From NCBI GenBank assembly GCA_965153455.1, contig OZ234493.1, forward strand, positions 10,158,213 through 10,222,212: 64,000 bases of DNA, read 5' to 3'. A program made the position numbers and the translations under genes. The notes beneath the pieces were generated by a model that did no database searches, had not been told where the DNA came from, and worked only from the letters and a program-made list of their open reading frames with translations. Positions 1 to 14,100 of this stretch are shown one piece after another (positions within the stretch are counted from its first letter, which is position 1; the number at the start of each line of letters is the position of its first letter). Source of the stretch: Sphagnum compactum (lineage: Eukaryota).

Positions 1-423
1 TTTATGGTCAAAATGATAAATTCAAACCATAGATATGATCAAAGTGAGAAAGGCAATGCATAAAATTACATGAAAGATGTGAATACAAGATTGATTGACC
101 TTAAGACTTAACCTCATTAAAACCCATCTAAATTAATTTAAAATTTAGTTAAGATTGGACCTACAATCTACATATGAATCAAGAACCAATTGGGATGAAT
201 GTTTGGGATAGATGTGGCCAAGACAACACCCTTTTTTTTGCCATGGAAAACCCTGTGTATAGGTCGAATTTGTATTTTTTCGGTCAAAATTTGGCGAATG
301 TTTTTTATAAAGAAAAACACTGATTTCATCCATAGAACAACAAAATGCCTAAATAATTTTGAACAGATGTCTACATGATTAAAATTTACAACACAAAGCT
401 TTGCATGTGTGCACACTTACTTA

Positions 424-805
424 GGCCCACTTTACACTAGGAGTCAGGGCCGAAAAAACTTGGGGCCAACTTTGAGCATTTGTGGATTGTTGTTTGGCCT
501 CTCAAGTTACTAATAAATGCTAGAACATTGCCATTAGGATATCAATAAAAGATGGAACATTGGTCCCAAAGGGTTGCAAATTGGCTTCCCAAATTCGATG
601 GTATCCTTTTTTTTAGCCTTGGGGTCAATAGAAGGCCATTAAGTTCAGCATTTATTAGTAGCTTGGGGCAGATTGAAAAGATTTTTTCTAGTTCAGCCTT
701 GTCTCCTAGTGTAAAGCACTTGGGGCCAATTTCAACTTTTGCACCAATAGGAATGCTTGATTTGGTTTGTTCACATTGGCCCTGACTCCTAGTGTAAAGC
801 GGGCG
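424..805. mobile_element. PIF/Harbinger (Tourist-like) MITE, family A copy 1
   Basis: TIR GGCCCACTTTACACTAGGAGTCAGGGCC pairs with GGCCCTGACTCCTAGTGTAAAGCGGGCG. TTA on both sides (421-423, 806-808). Homologous to 16484-16799. Confidence 0.9.
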
Positions 806-3800
806 TTACATTGCAGCTAAAATTGCCTCAATGTGTGTGTGTGTGTCTCTAGGTGTGAAAATCTGCAGCTGCTGGGGTCACAGGTTTTTTCTTTACATGG
901 TGCGCGTTGCTCACACCCACCATGCTTTAAGGATGCTGCTTTTGCTAACCACCAGTAGATCTGTACAAAATGATTAGCTCTATGTACTTTTGTGGACGTC
1001 CGCCGAATCTTTCTTGGAATTAAGGAAAAACAAGAAAACCCCATTGGATGCATGCAGCAGATGATCTAGATTTTGTGAAGTTGGAAAAAATCGCTTTGAA
1101 AACTGGTGAAATTTGCCCCATCCCAGGTAGCAGCAGCAGCAGCAGTTTTTTTCCCTCTCTCTAGTCTTTGCATCTGATGCTGCTTCAGAAGATCAGTCAA
1201 GTTCTTCTCGGAGTTCGCAGTCTCTGCATACACACCTCCACAGTTAGAATCAGTTCATTTAATCGGAAGAAAGCTAGTGGGACAGAGCTGAATAGAAGAA
1301 TTGAGCTTGCATGACAAGTTTAATCATGGGTTTGAATATTTCGTGTTGAGAAGATTCAGCTCAAGCTGCAGCGCTTGTAGTTCCAGGGAGAAACTGATCT
1401 AGTCATACCCAAATTTTTGTCACTCAGGACAGTCTGCTTGTGTGACAAGCTTCGAACCTGCAGCTTGTAGCATTGATGGAAATTATCAGCAGTTGTCGTT
1501 TCTATGCAGTCTCACATTTTTCAAGTCACATTTTATGTCAGACTGTACTAGTCTTGATCATATCATTGCCCAGAAGCTTGTGCACATCAAGATCCGTCCA
1601 TTCAAGGCTGTGGCTAATTGCCTTGCTGGTGTTTGGACTCACTTATATCATGTAGCTACGGAGACAAACGTGTTTTGCAAGGTCCAAGTACCATCATCGA
1701 CTTGGAACGCACGCAAGGTCCCCGAAAATCTTATAAATTAGAGTCTAGACTACTTCAGCTTTTATCGAAGCCTAGCGCCTGATCTACTCTAGACTTCTCC
1801 CCCTTTGCAAGTTTCCGATTTCGACCATATTCCTGCGTCTCCAGCAGTTTAGGCAACCGAACTTAGTCTTAGGCTTCAGCTCTTTCCTGCAACTCACGCT
1901 TGACCAGTCATGTAGATATGATCAGAAGTTTGAGCCTGTAGCTCAATAACGTCATGCACATTGATCTTCCTTCGCAACTTGATGATCCCGGGGCACCCAA
2001 CCCCAACCCCAACCAAGCTCATGAATTTTTGAATCAGGTTCTCCGCTAGTTCTAAAGTTTATTATCTTTTTTGGTGAACGAGGTCGGGATTGGTGGATGT
2101 GATGAGAATGTGATCTGCACTAGAGACAGTTCTCGAGAGAGCCGCTATTGAAGAGACACAGAGACAGAGACAGAGTAGAGTGATGTGCGGCTGCCTGCGT
2201 GCCTGCCTCTTCCTGCCTCTCACTAGCTTCATTCCTCTCTATCCGGGCGAGACAGAGAGGCAAGGAGCTATTGGGGGTCAGGAATAGGCCTAATGATGCA
2301 TGACTGACATTGCCTCCTCTGCATGAGCTGCTTAAAGTTTTTCTGTCATTCCTCATCAAGTTCACAATCTTCCTAGCTAGCTAATTCTGGGTCCCCATGT
2401 ATTTATTGGCTGAGCTGCCTTGTAAGCCAGAGACTACTGAACAATATAATAGTTTTCATTTGGTCCCACATTTTGAGGAGTGTTCTTCACCAGCTGGTGG
2501 TGTTTTAGTGTGAAACTGTGCATTCAGTTTTGGGAACTGCATGGAATTACATTTCCTATTTTAATTGTTGTTGGTTTGGACTTGCCAAAAGTAAGGGGCA
2601 GAGAGAGCATTAGACGATGAGTCTCAGCTTGATGGCTCTGCCTTAGCTCAGGGAGAGATCACTGAACCATGGACAGTTGGTTCAGTCCCACATTTTCAGG
2701 AACATTTCTTCTGTTTCAAGAACTGTTGCTAGTTTGGAAGAAACAGCCAGTTCTCTTACAGAGCCAGTTCTTTTGCAAAATCAAGTTGTTTTCACATGCA
2801 CCATTAAAGAAGCCATGCCCTAGAGCACAGACACTATGCAACTTAGCTGCTTGCATTTATCAAAAGCCCTTCACAGAACTCAGATTAAATTACCATTGAA
2901 ATGCAGGCTGCAGCATAATTTGACAAAAGCTCAGTGCCCCAGATCAGTAGTTCCAATAGAAATCTATAAAGAAAACATGCTGCTCTTTGGGTAATGACTT
3001 ACACCATCTCCACCCACACACTGCATAGCATATTTTGGATGAGATCAGTAAAGATTTGCCCAACAGGTTAAGTAAAATGGCTGTGGTGAGCAGCATTTTT
3101 GCTCGATATGTTGAGGCTGGCAAAAGCCATAGCACACTCTAACACCTGGTTGGGCTTGATTGGGCAGATGTATTGATTGGTCTAGTTGGTTTGTTATTAG
3201 TAGGTTCTGACCTTTTAATGTTCCCAATTCATGTTTATGGGTGGGGGTTGGGATCAGAAAATAAGAAATCTTGAATGGGAGAAATATTGGTGCAGGCCCA
3301 AATGTTGAGTATGGGCAGAGTTGCTAGATTATGGCAAGTTTAAACTTCACACTAAAAACTTCTCTTACCCGATCTAAAACTTCTCACCTAAATGCATCCA
3401 TTTTTATGGAACATGCCCATCCATCATATGCACACAGGTACTCCAATTGTCACTCACACAAATTGGGTCAAGTTCTACCAAAATTTTATGCCCAACTCCT
3501 GCACCAATGTGGAGTCTCTTTCCTAAGGCTGGAGCCAACAAATGCAAGCAAAACTTGGACTCTAATTATGACACATGAACTAATTGAGACAAGCAAATAT
3601 ATCCTAGTGTTTTTATCCATTAGCCTTATCATTGAAGTTGCATTGATAAGTTTCAGGTGGTATAGTTAGGGTATTATTATATATATGTCTGAATATTTAG
3701 AATTAATGTATCTGTGATGTCCTGTACCAGTACACTAGTGCTAAGCTCCACTCATACTATTGCTAGTATTCATTGTCCATGTGCACAAATATTGCACTAT

Positions 3801-6081
3801 CTAGTGTAAGACAATTTGGTATATTCAATGGCACAATTGTAGAACAAATAATATGCTACTGTATTATGTTAGAGAGAGAGAGAGAGAAAGAGAGAATAAT
3901 GCTGACATCCATATGATTTGGTTGTTTGACCCATCTCAACTACTTGATTGACTCCCATGTCCATGCCTAATCCTTGAAGAAAATTGACAGCTTATAGAGC
4001 ATGTGTACCAAACCAACAAGCTAGATCTGAGTGAAGTTCCTCTCAAGTGAAAAAGTCTGGAGGGAACACAGATTCATTATGTTCAAAATCCACCAAAAAT
4101 CAAAATCAAGATCTCAGGTGTTTAATCATAAGTTGTCATGCATGTTTCTTGCAACAATGATCAGAACTGCCTTTCCCAACTTTGTGACAAGGACCAGCAA
4201 GAATTTATACATAGGGTTGTTTTTTGAAATGCCAATAACATATGAAATAAATGGAAACACTCATCAACAATTGTTTCACCAGAATTCAACCTTCAATTAT
4301 CCAGGTCAAGTCATTTGTTTCTAACACTTGTGGGCAAACCCATACTCTCTTCAGTCCTAAGTTGTCAAATGCATAAATTCAAACTATTCAATACATATAT
4401 GTATTATAGATCCAGACATTCTACAATATGCTTTCACCACAACTCTAATGCAAATTACCTGAATCTTTTTTAATAAAAAAAGTTTGATGCTAGCAAATCT
4501 GGCATGACTGAATCTTCATCTTTTCCTCTAATGAGTTGTAGCTTTTTTCTTTTAGATGGACTTTTTTATTCCCCGAAACCCTGGTATTTATACCATGGTA
4601 CAAACTTCTCAGAAAGAATACCATTGCCATTACTTTCATTTCCAAACAAATCAGCAGTCAATCGAAGTCTTCCAGGTTCACTCACAAGCTTAATCCTTAC
4701 TAATTATCAGTTTGTTAGTGCAGTAGATCCATGACTGGTCCTTGAATCTCATGCCATAAGACAGAAAACAAGAGGCTTGTCGCATAATGTCTCTTCCCTT
4801 TAAATGACATCCATAAGGATGATAAATATTCAATATTCTAAATTGGAAACATATGGTGTTTAGCATGGTGAAGCCTACACAAACTTCAGTTATGCTAGAA
4901 ATATTTTTATGGGACACTCCACATGACCTAGAATGTAGGGATACCAAAACTTTGGCCAGTTTGTGGGTGCATCTCAATGTCTCTACACTGCCAGGCAGAG
5001 CCAACACATAGTGGGAGGTTATGAGAGTACTTATGGACCGTTTAGGAGTTAACAGGTCACCAATCTCCTCAGGGTACAAAGATCACACACCCTCTGAGCT
5101 GTCACCATGCTATCAACCAGGCTCTAAACACACTACCTGTACAGATTCGGCAACAAACTGTCAAATAATTAATTCAATTTCAAATTTTAACTTTGACAAT
5201 TGAATTTTTATTTCTGAAATTTTCAGCTTGTAATGTTTATACATGCTAATAAACTCGACTTTGCTGTCTTTGTGGGAGCCGAAGAGTGCTTACACTGTCA
5301 CATCCTTAAATTCAAGGATTGGCAGGTCTGGAGTTCAAGACAGTCTACTGCTTCAGAATTTAATTTTATGATAATTATTAAAATTTTGGCACAAGTAATA
5401 ATTAATTTTTCAAAAATTCGGAAAAATAAGAAATAACTTCAAAACCGTTTGTGTACTGCAGTACTAGGCACACTCAACTCCCTTTGCCAATCCATACACT
5501 AACCACTGAACTTGCTTTGACATAGGATTCAAGAATTGCAAACATACACCTACAGGATGAAGATAACAAAATATTCCAAAGCTTGAGCAACCTTCAAGTC
5601 TGGACTTTCTAGTATTAATATAAGGATTCAACATCAGAAATGTACTGATGCAATGAAAAGTTCATTTCAGTTTATAAGAATACAAGGTTACAAGACTGGC
5701 CTCTTTCACATGGCTGCTCTCGCCCAGCATAATATAGTGTTCTTCTGACGTGGTGAAAACTGTGCTCCTTGGGTGCACAATTAAACGTCTTGATCCATGA
5801 CAAATAGCCACAACCTGTAGGTTCTTGCCAAAACCTTTCCAAATGACAGTCAGGGTTGTGCAGATCATAGAGTGCTTTTAGACACATAAGCTTACGACTG
5901 GTTACTATTTTCACAGGATCAAGATTCCCCAACAAAAACCTACGGCAATGAGATTACATCCTGTTAATGCTCCAAGACATTTCAATCTTTTGAATCTTCA
6001 ACACTATCAACCTCTAGTATATTGATACAGTTAATATCCTGATACAAGGTATAATTAGTGACCAACACAGCATGTGCGTTC

Positions 6082-9000
6082 TCATGCTGTGTAGGTGGCC
6101 ATTGTGCTGCACTTCATCTTTTTGTTCTGAATGTGGTGGAAATTAGGCTCCTTGGGCATAGTTAGCCTCTTTGATGATCTGTGAGCACAAAAGCACAAAC
6201 CCATCAGGTGAAGAAACCTACAATGGTGGACATTCTGCTGCATATAGAGAGACACAACCTGACATTGGCTCAAAGGGTTACCTCTGGGGTATGAAAGGCT
6301 GGTCAAAAAAAGGCATGAGCTGTGCACGAGGTACCATAACCCTCCTCATTCTTCTGATCTCTTCCTGCGCTTCTAACTGCATTCCCATGATTGTTAAAAC
6401 CAAAGCAATGGATCACTTTCATAACCAAAGCATTATGCAAACCTACTGAAAGTAGCACATTTGTGAAACATAAATCACAGCTATAGCATACACATCATGC
6501 AGGCCATGATACAAATCTAACCTGTTGCATCCTTTCTTCCTCTTGTCTCCTTAGCTCCATCTGAAAATTCCGTTCAGCAACCTGTGACCATTCACCAGTT
6601 TGTTTGAATGGGGAATACTACCACAACATAGAAAGGAGATGACCACAGATTCAGATGCCAAAACTACATCTTTTGGAAGGGGTCTCAGTGACATACATAA
6701 TTGTCAAACTCTGCGCGCTCATGGGCCCTGATTTCACTGAGGAGTGTAAATTCAACTGGTCTAGTATGCTCCTTTGGTGCAGGCTTAAATGGCACCTGCA
6801 AAATTGTACAAATCCTGCTGTTACAAATATTCTGATGTTCTGTGGTCCAAGTCAGCAAGAGGCATTAATACGAACAACCAGATATGCAAAAATACATGAT
6901 ACTTGAAATAAAACTGTACATTGGGTTCATCAGTAGTCCATGGTAGGCCTTGAGCAACAGGGACACGGAGACGCTGTTCCTCATACCACAACTGCTCCAG
7001 TCTCTTAGCAAATTCATACTCTTTCAAGGCTCCCCTTTCCTGCATGAATGTACAATATCAGAAAACTTAACTGGCCACTCAAAAAATATTCAGAACAAGG
7101 ACTGTGGAACCCTGCATCCAGAGAACCAAAACTTCTCAAAAGCAAAGTTAGTAGTGCCATAGAAAGATACCTCTGTGCGTAGTCTGAAGGGTTGCAATGA
7201 GGTGCATCGCTTCAGCTGATCATTGCTTCCAGCCTCTGCCTGGCTTTGAGATGCATATGCCCCCTGAGTCACAACTGACTTACTTGAAGTTGATGAGCGA
7301 GCATCCCCATTAATCACCTGTTCTTTCCCACATAAATCAATACAAAAGGAACAAGAACAAGATCATGCAAGCAGACTGTTTCCACATACTTTAAATGAGG
7401 TAGATCAATAAAACAAGTTTTGTGTTCAAACAAAACCAACTAGTTTTGGTTGGATGACAAAGGTAGGATAGCTGCTGCTCTTACTTTATCATCCAACTGA
7501 GGAACTGCATCCAGAGCAGAAAACACAGCTCCCCGCCCTTTCTTGTGCTCTTCCACTGGATCTGCAGGGCTGCATGAGATAAGCACCATTCCATCACCTG
7601 TTTTAGAACAATTCAATAGAAATGCACCAGAAATAGCAGGGGGAAACCTAACTGGTTAAAGGAGGGATAAAGCCAGAGAATAGTATAAAGAAGCGTGGTA
7701 GCTCCAAAGCATGACATCAAACATTTACTGTAGTTCTGAGATGGTGAGGAAGCTAACTTCACAGAACAAGGATTCGCTGCATACTCCACAGAAGTGGGGC
7801 AGCTTCTCAGTCCGTCTTGCTCATTATCTCGCTGCTCTGCATCACTATAGTCACTGCAACCCCTCACGGTCATCTCTTGCTCTTGTTCGTCCTCAGTGTC
7901 TGGGTTGGCTGTTGCAACCATTCTTTCATGCCAATCTTGCACTTTGCCAATCGAGTTCCCAAGGCCTGAGGGCCTTCTGTCTCCATTGTATTTATTGAAT
8001 TTGTGCAGAACTTTTGAAGTTCCAACTGGGCTACCAAATACCCTGTAAGCAGGCTTAGTATCATGTGCTTCTGCTTCCATGAGCATAATGCTCTCAAATG
8101 CCTGTATCAGCATGTTGACACCACCTTCCCCCCGTGGTGCAAGTCGACTAACTGCTTCTTTGATTAAAGTATCTGACATCCAGTCTTCTGGATTCTTCCT
8201 CTCAGCTGCTGCTCGGTTTTTTAGGGAGACCATTTCATCTGCATAAGCTTCATTGTTCACAGTGAAAAGATCCCTCCGACTGCTCTTCACAGGTGCATCT
8301 AAAGCAGGCAGATGAGAAGACTCAGCAACCATGTCTCCATCCACAATGGTGTGCTGGAAACAACCACTTTCTTTACACACCCTACCATCTACATGAACCA
8401 GCTGAACTGCACTATCCAGCTCTTCATCCTGCCAACTACAAATCGCTACAGATGGCATAGGATCCCCTTCCTCAAAAACATTACAGCTCCTGTTCTCCAT
8501 TGATACCATATGGGGAGGAAGAACCATTTTACCTTCACATCTTTCAACATCTAGTGACAATTGTATTGCAGATTGCCGACAATTGGACTCAGATAGTGTG
8601 AGATCACCTTCGACAAATTCACCCCAACCATTTTCCTCTGCAGACACCATTTGGACAAGATCAGGGACATTTTCTTCACATCCTCCACAATTAGGTGACC
8701 TGTTCTTCAGAGAATGTTTACAGTTAAATGTAGAGGGTGAAGCGACCCCCTTCTCATCTTCAACCAATCCATCCCTGCCATGGATACCAGCAGTCTGAAG
8801 CTGCACCTCTATACTAGTAGGATCATCGCACCTACCAGCAACCCTATCATCCTGGTTGTGCTCCTTGTGAGCTACAGGTGCATCATTGAACACTTGAGAT
8901 ATCTCACAGTTGGGACCACAAGAGCTTGTGCAGGGATGCTGTTCATCCACTGGTGAAGCTTCAATCTTTCCTTTAGATTTAGGAGGTGCATGCCAACCAG

Positions 9001-9388
9001 GCAGCAAATGACGCTTGGATTTGAGGAACTTCCGGTGCTGACTCTGTGCAGGTGATGTATAGTCAAGGTTGTTGGCTGCACATGTTGGTGATCTACATCT
9101 TTGTGTCAATGTTGCTGGGAATTTGGTAGGGAACTCCTTTTCTGGGGTCCTCCTTATCACACTCACCTCATGGCCATCACAATGCAGCTCTCTTTGGCCC
9201 AATAACTTGTCACTCCAAACAACCACCTTGGATTTTTCAGGCATAGAGTTGTTCTTCACCAGCGTCGATGTCCATCCTTGAGTGATGTTAGGGTCACAAT
9301 TCTCCGTAGACAAGTGCAATGCTTTTGGACACAAATTTTGTTGGTGGCCTCGAGATGCAACTCTAAATGGAGACTTGCTGTTATCCAT
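6082..9388 (-). CDS. TPX2-domain microtubule-associated protein (MAP20/MDP60-like) with a plant CaM-binding-domain-like motif, ~796 aa. Exons 9388-7729, 7597-7485, 7317-7171, 7039-6920, 6795-6697, 6581-6522, 6376-6282, 6178-6082
   Basis: Hand splicing with GT-AG sites keeps frame over 8 exons (2391 nt). The C-terminus reads TSLQPFRLRTEERG...AQGLPWTTDEP...RAHERAEFD...EEIRRMRRVMVPRAQLMPFFDQPFIPQRSSKRLTMPKEPNFH, a TPX2 C-terminal family signature. Start Met at 9388 (MDNSKS) is inferred from the acceptor at ~9404. Confidence 0.88.
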
Positions 9389-11451
9389 GCCTGGTATTTC
9401 TACCTGCTGCAACATTCAATAGATGCCAACTCTCAGTCCTTCATTAGCAGGAGTGGTGCAATGAAACTCAGGAACCCTCCCACACAAACCTTAAGTAACC
9501 CCCATAGGATTTAGAGACAAAGTGCTAATTGCTATCCCAGAGACAATGTGGCAAACCTTCAGAAGAGAAGGAGGAGTCTAGAGGGGTATTTTGCTGTCTG
9601 AACAAGGGCCCTGCATGGATCCTGAATATGATACAAAGCACAAGGCATCAATACTCTGATAAGCTCCACTCCAATGTAAAAAACTTTGGCCAGCTAGGCA
9701 AGAATATGTGCTCATGCGCTTGACCCCACAAAGAACCAAGAAGTTTATCTCCACATACTTTTTCATGGCGGCAACATGAGTAGAATATCCCATAGCTTTT
9801 AGGCAACCTAGCTAGAATGAGAGACAGAATTGCCTTAAAGACCTGAATGTGCCGTGGGGCCAGGGGAACTGCAGCTTCCGAGTGCAGGGCTAATGCAGGG
9901 GAAACTCGAGCTACAAGAACACTCACCAGGACTGAACCAACCGAACGTGCTTGTTTATCGTTTGCAATTGCATCGAGAACCTCCCTTTCCTAGTCTGAGG
10001 TTCATGACAACATTTGAAACTGCCTGTTCCAGCTGTTACCAATAGACCAAAAGGATTCCATAGCGCAGGAAATTTCTGAAAACAGGCAAGGAATGCGTTA
10101 GTTTACCAAAGACAGAAAACGCAAAACCTTACTTACTGTTATGAAGATACACCTAAATCTGTGAGGAAAAATAAAATCAGCATTAATTCAATGTGCCAAA
10201 GAAAAAACAGACATAAACAAAGAAGAGAAGCAGGAGCTTTCACATGAAGAAGGCACAAGATTTGGACATAGAAAGGGGGGCTTAACCGACGTGCAACGAA
10301 TACCGAAGATGACAGCAGCTTCAAAAAGACCTTCGACAAGAAAAAAAAATAAAAAAATCAGAGCATCAATAGTACCTAAAAACGATCAGAGTGATGACGA
10401 GTTCGCGTGATGATGCGAGAAGATCGAAATTCCTCGGACACTAACGCAATTGAATGAGCGAAAGATGCAATCCTCGTCGATTGGAAACCCTAATTCTACT
10501 GCGCTGCTATGCGACTCTTCCTCGTCGCCATAGACAAAAAGCAACTCAAGTTCAAAAACTAGGTGGTGAGAGGCAAATCGAGAAGAGCCACTTTTGTGTC
10601 GCTGATTTGTTTCATTCTTCGCAATGCGAGACTAGAGGTGGCGGGAGTGCGCCATTAAAGTGCCGTTTTAGTTGCTGGCGAAACTATCCGTTGAACGGCC
10701 CCAATTACCATAAAAACTCATTCATGTAACGGCATTCTTCGTGATCAGCGGCGGCTACCCTCGACGAATTTCGCTTTTCCGAATTGCGAGATTTTTAATG
10801 TTTTTTCCTTGCAAATTTGTAATGTTTAGGAGGCGCAAACTCCCAACCTCTCCAGAGGCCATGAGTTTCATATGAGCATCTTTGGCGTTGAGTTGATGGT
10901 GCCACCTTCATTCATTTTGAGTGATTTGAAATCTTATGGGAGTGCTACCTCAAGCTTTACAAATTATCTTTTGAGTGCAAAGGAAAAGGAGTAATGAAAA
11001 AATAACAAGAAAAATAAGCTTTCTAACTTACAATATGCAATTTCATTTTTTTTCTTCTCTTTGAACTTTTCTTATTTTCAAATTTCATAACTTTCTTATT
11101 TCTTATTCATTTTAAACGATTTAAAATGCTATAGGAGGTGCCACCTAAAGTTTTACAAATCATCTTTGAATTTTAATACCAATAACACAACATATGAAGA
11201 ATGTTTTGAGTGTTCGAGCCTTTGTAACGTTTGGTGTAACTAGATACCTCACTAAGAAAGGTTCAAATTTTGTTTAGACACCAAAAACAATAGAGTTCTC
11301 CCCTTGGATCTGGCCTACCCTAAGCATTTCAGTGTTTGATCACCGGCTAATTTACCCTATTGCAATGTTCCTTCTTCTTTTGAAGTTTCCATTAAAGTAG
11401 GCTTCCATTTCAAATCCTCAACTTGTATAATATTATGGACTAGGTATGGAC

Positions 11452-11756
11452 CAATGTTTGGGCAGTTCTTTGAATTTTTAAAGAATCGTCCATTCCAAAA
11501 AAATCGAAAAAAAAATTCAGAATCAAGGAACCATGAGTTTCAATTCTTCCAAAAACCTCAACAATGATTTTCATGAAAGAATGTGACTAGTAAATTATCA
11601 ATTCTTTGACTTGTAAAATAAACTTGACAACCACGATTATGTAATCAAAATCAATTACTTGGAAATTTTTGAGAACTGGTGAATACATGAACATATATAT
11701 ACCCAAGATGATAACTAGCAGGTATCTATCCATCATTCTAAGAACCACCAAAATTG
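11452..11756. mobile_element. hAT-family MITE
   Basis: Imperfect TIR CAATGTTTGGGCAGTTCTT / AAGAACCACCAAAATTG. Exact 8-bp TSD GTATGGAC at 11444-11451 and 11757-11764. Confidence 0.8.
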
Positions 11757-13744
11757 GTATGGACTAGGTAGTGCTATGGTTTAGGTAACTAATCAACCCC
11801 TGGAATTAGTTATATATGGATGAAAGCAACTTTTTAATGGAGGTATGTAGACCTAGTTTTTGAATGAAACATCAGCTTTTCCATTAACTTTGATTTCCAC
11901 AATCAAAACATCCCAATAGTTAGTTGTACATTTTCATAGTTTTGTTCTAATCAAATTGCAAAATTGTGGAAAATGTAAGTTTAATTGTGAACAATTCATT
12001 AGATGATATCTATTGTGCTTTTCATGCAAACTTTTAAGTGTGAAAGATTGTGTTTTAGGTCGTAACCAAGCACTACTTTCCTTATGTATTCCCATTTGAA
12101 ATTTTGTTTTCACTACTAGAACACAATTGAAAGCTATTGTGAAGGTTATAGAAATAATCAAAGATCACAACTAAATGGGTACCAACTATAACAAGTTGTT
12201 ACTGGAAAGTTCCCCTGAGTGTGTAGGGTTTAGTTGATTTTGGCTCCTAGTTCGTTAATAGCCTTGCCTTGGCCGGGTTTGGCCATAAGTTCACTAAGAA
12301 TCAAAGTTAATTGAACCTCGGCTGATCCTTGACATTAAAGTTTAAAAACCAAGTTTAAATCAAAGAAACACCATGGGGAAAAATCAAGGAGTGTGAAAGA
12401 AACACAAGAGAATGGGTCACCTAACAATTGGTAAGATGAGCCAATTCAATCATCTTAATCATGATGAAAAAATATCATTATTAACCCCCTTGACTTTAAC
12501 TTACATGTAGTGTTCAACTTTGCCCCTTGGTATTGAAGCTACATTTTTATCAATCTCTCCAAATTAAATAGTTGTTCCACATTTTTGGTCTTGAAAATAA
12601 CATGCATCTAGAAATTAGTACAAGTTCTTATATAAATATTTGTTGTTGATTTTCAGGGATCATATGCCACTTTTACACAAAATATATACATGCATTGCAT
12701 CTCGTGGGATGGGATATCCTAGAAGCTTAGATGGGAGGAACGTCATCTAATGATTATCATTGAGGACCATTTGTTATGTGAGTAGAATGTTATCTTCTTT
12801 ACCAAGGGCCAAAGATACCCCACTTCGTTGAATACATAACAATAATCAATTTTCCTAAGGCAATGAACATTGAAAATGACTTGTTTTTTATTAGTGCTCT
12901 TGGAGTGGCAATGTAGTGTAACATGTGATGAGCATTTGTCATGCACTTCTACCTTAAAATGTTTTAGTATTTTGTTGATTCAAGTGGTAATATTAGAACC
13001 TAACAAGATGTTGACTATTGAAAAGAAAAAGATGGTGAACCAATTTGATTCCTTGGAGTTGAAAACATGAACTGTTTTTAGAAGTTTTAGAAAGATGGAA
13101 TTTCTTAAACTTGGTAAATGGACAATGTTTAATGTGGGATTGTTGATGATGTAATTCAAAGTGATTTGAGGTTTAAACATAATATATTCACCTGCATTCA
13201 AGCTTTATGCTTGTAATATTTAAAGCATGCCTTGAATTCCCCACCAAGGGTTCAATAGCCCTAGCAAAGTTGGGAGATGTAAGTGTCATTGTTCTTCTTT
13301 AGCTTTTGAACATGATATGCCAATTTGGCAATCTTTGATCAATTGATTTGAACAAACTTGGGTATTGATTGACCAACGACTTGGTAGTTTATTTGATGTC
13401 AATTGCCAAACACATACAGAAATGCTTGTACTATTGTATATATGGGTTTTGATACCAACTTTTGTTAAACTTTTTTACATATGCAATTTAATCATGGAAC
13501 CTTTATAATACAAGTTTGATTGCAAAAATTATTTATATATTAGTATGAGTGTGCATAGTTGACTAATGGAATCTCCACAATATGTGTGCATGTAAGTTGC
13601 AAAACTTGTTATAGAATAAAAGTAGGATTGAACAATTCACAATTCACATTGTACTTCCAAAATGTTATCGCTATATATATATATTATATGACTTTTCATG
13701 TCATGTGTGTAATAATAGATTTTTTTTTTTTCATTCTTAAATTG

Positions 13745-14100
13745 ATGAATTTCTTTTGAATAGGATTTATTTGTTCTATTTGCCATTTGATACAATTTTT
13801 CAAGTTCATCCTAGCATCTCTTTTTTTTTCTTTTTTTTACTCTGATTGCACTTATGATGTGATGGAGATAAAAAACTTTAACATTATTTACAAGAATTGT
13901 TTGCGCAATCATTATCTTTATCATCCTAGTTTTTTATGTTTCCTTTCCCCATTTGAGGTAGAGGAATTACAACTACTTTGATGGGAGCTACTAAAATTGT
14001 CTCAACTCCATTCACTATGGACCATAATTTTCTTTCTTGAAGAGATATGTAATTCTTTTTTTCCATGTAGAATAATTTTTGCCATCCAAATTTCTCAATA
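13745..14100 (-). pseudogene. Decayed Ty1/Copia gag N-terminus
   Basis: Frameshifted minus-strand translation IEK-LDGKNYSTWKKRITYL-QERKLWSIVNGVE ... AQTILVNNV ... LHHIISA ... *DELEKLY resembles Copia gag N-terminal (DUF4219/UBN2-type) motifs. Confidence 0.65.

Noticed and set aside
2198..2238. miR408-like and miR166-like words (TGCCTGCCTCTTCCTGCCT; CTAGCTTCATTCCTC)
   Set aside because: Several mismatches or indels against the mature miRNAs and no convincing star arm by eye.
7613..7728. Hydrophobic C-terminus (TM-like) of the 600-aa ORF
   Set aside because: Read-through into an intron: a donor at 7728 and an acceptor at 7598 keep frame into the TPX2 exons.
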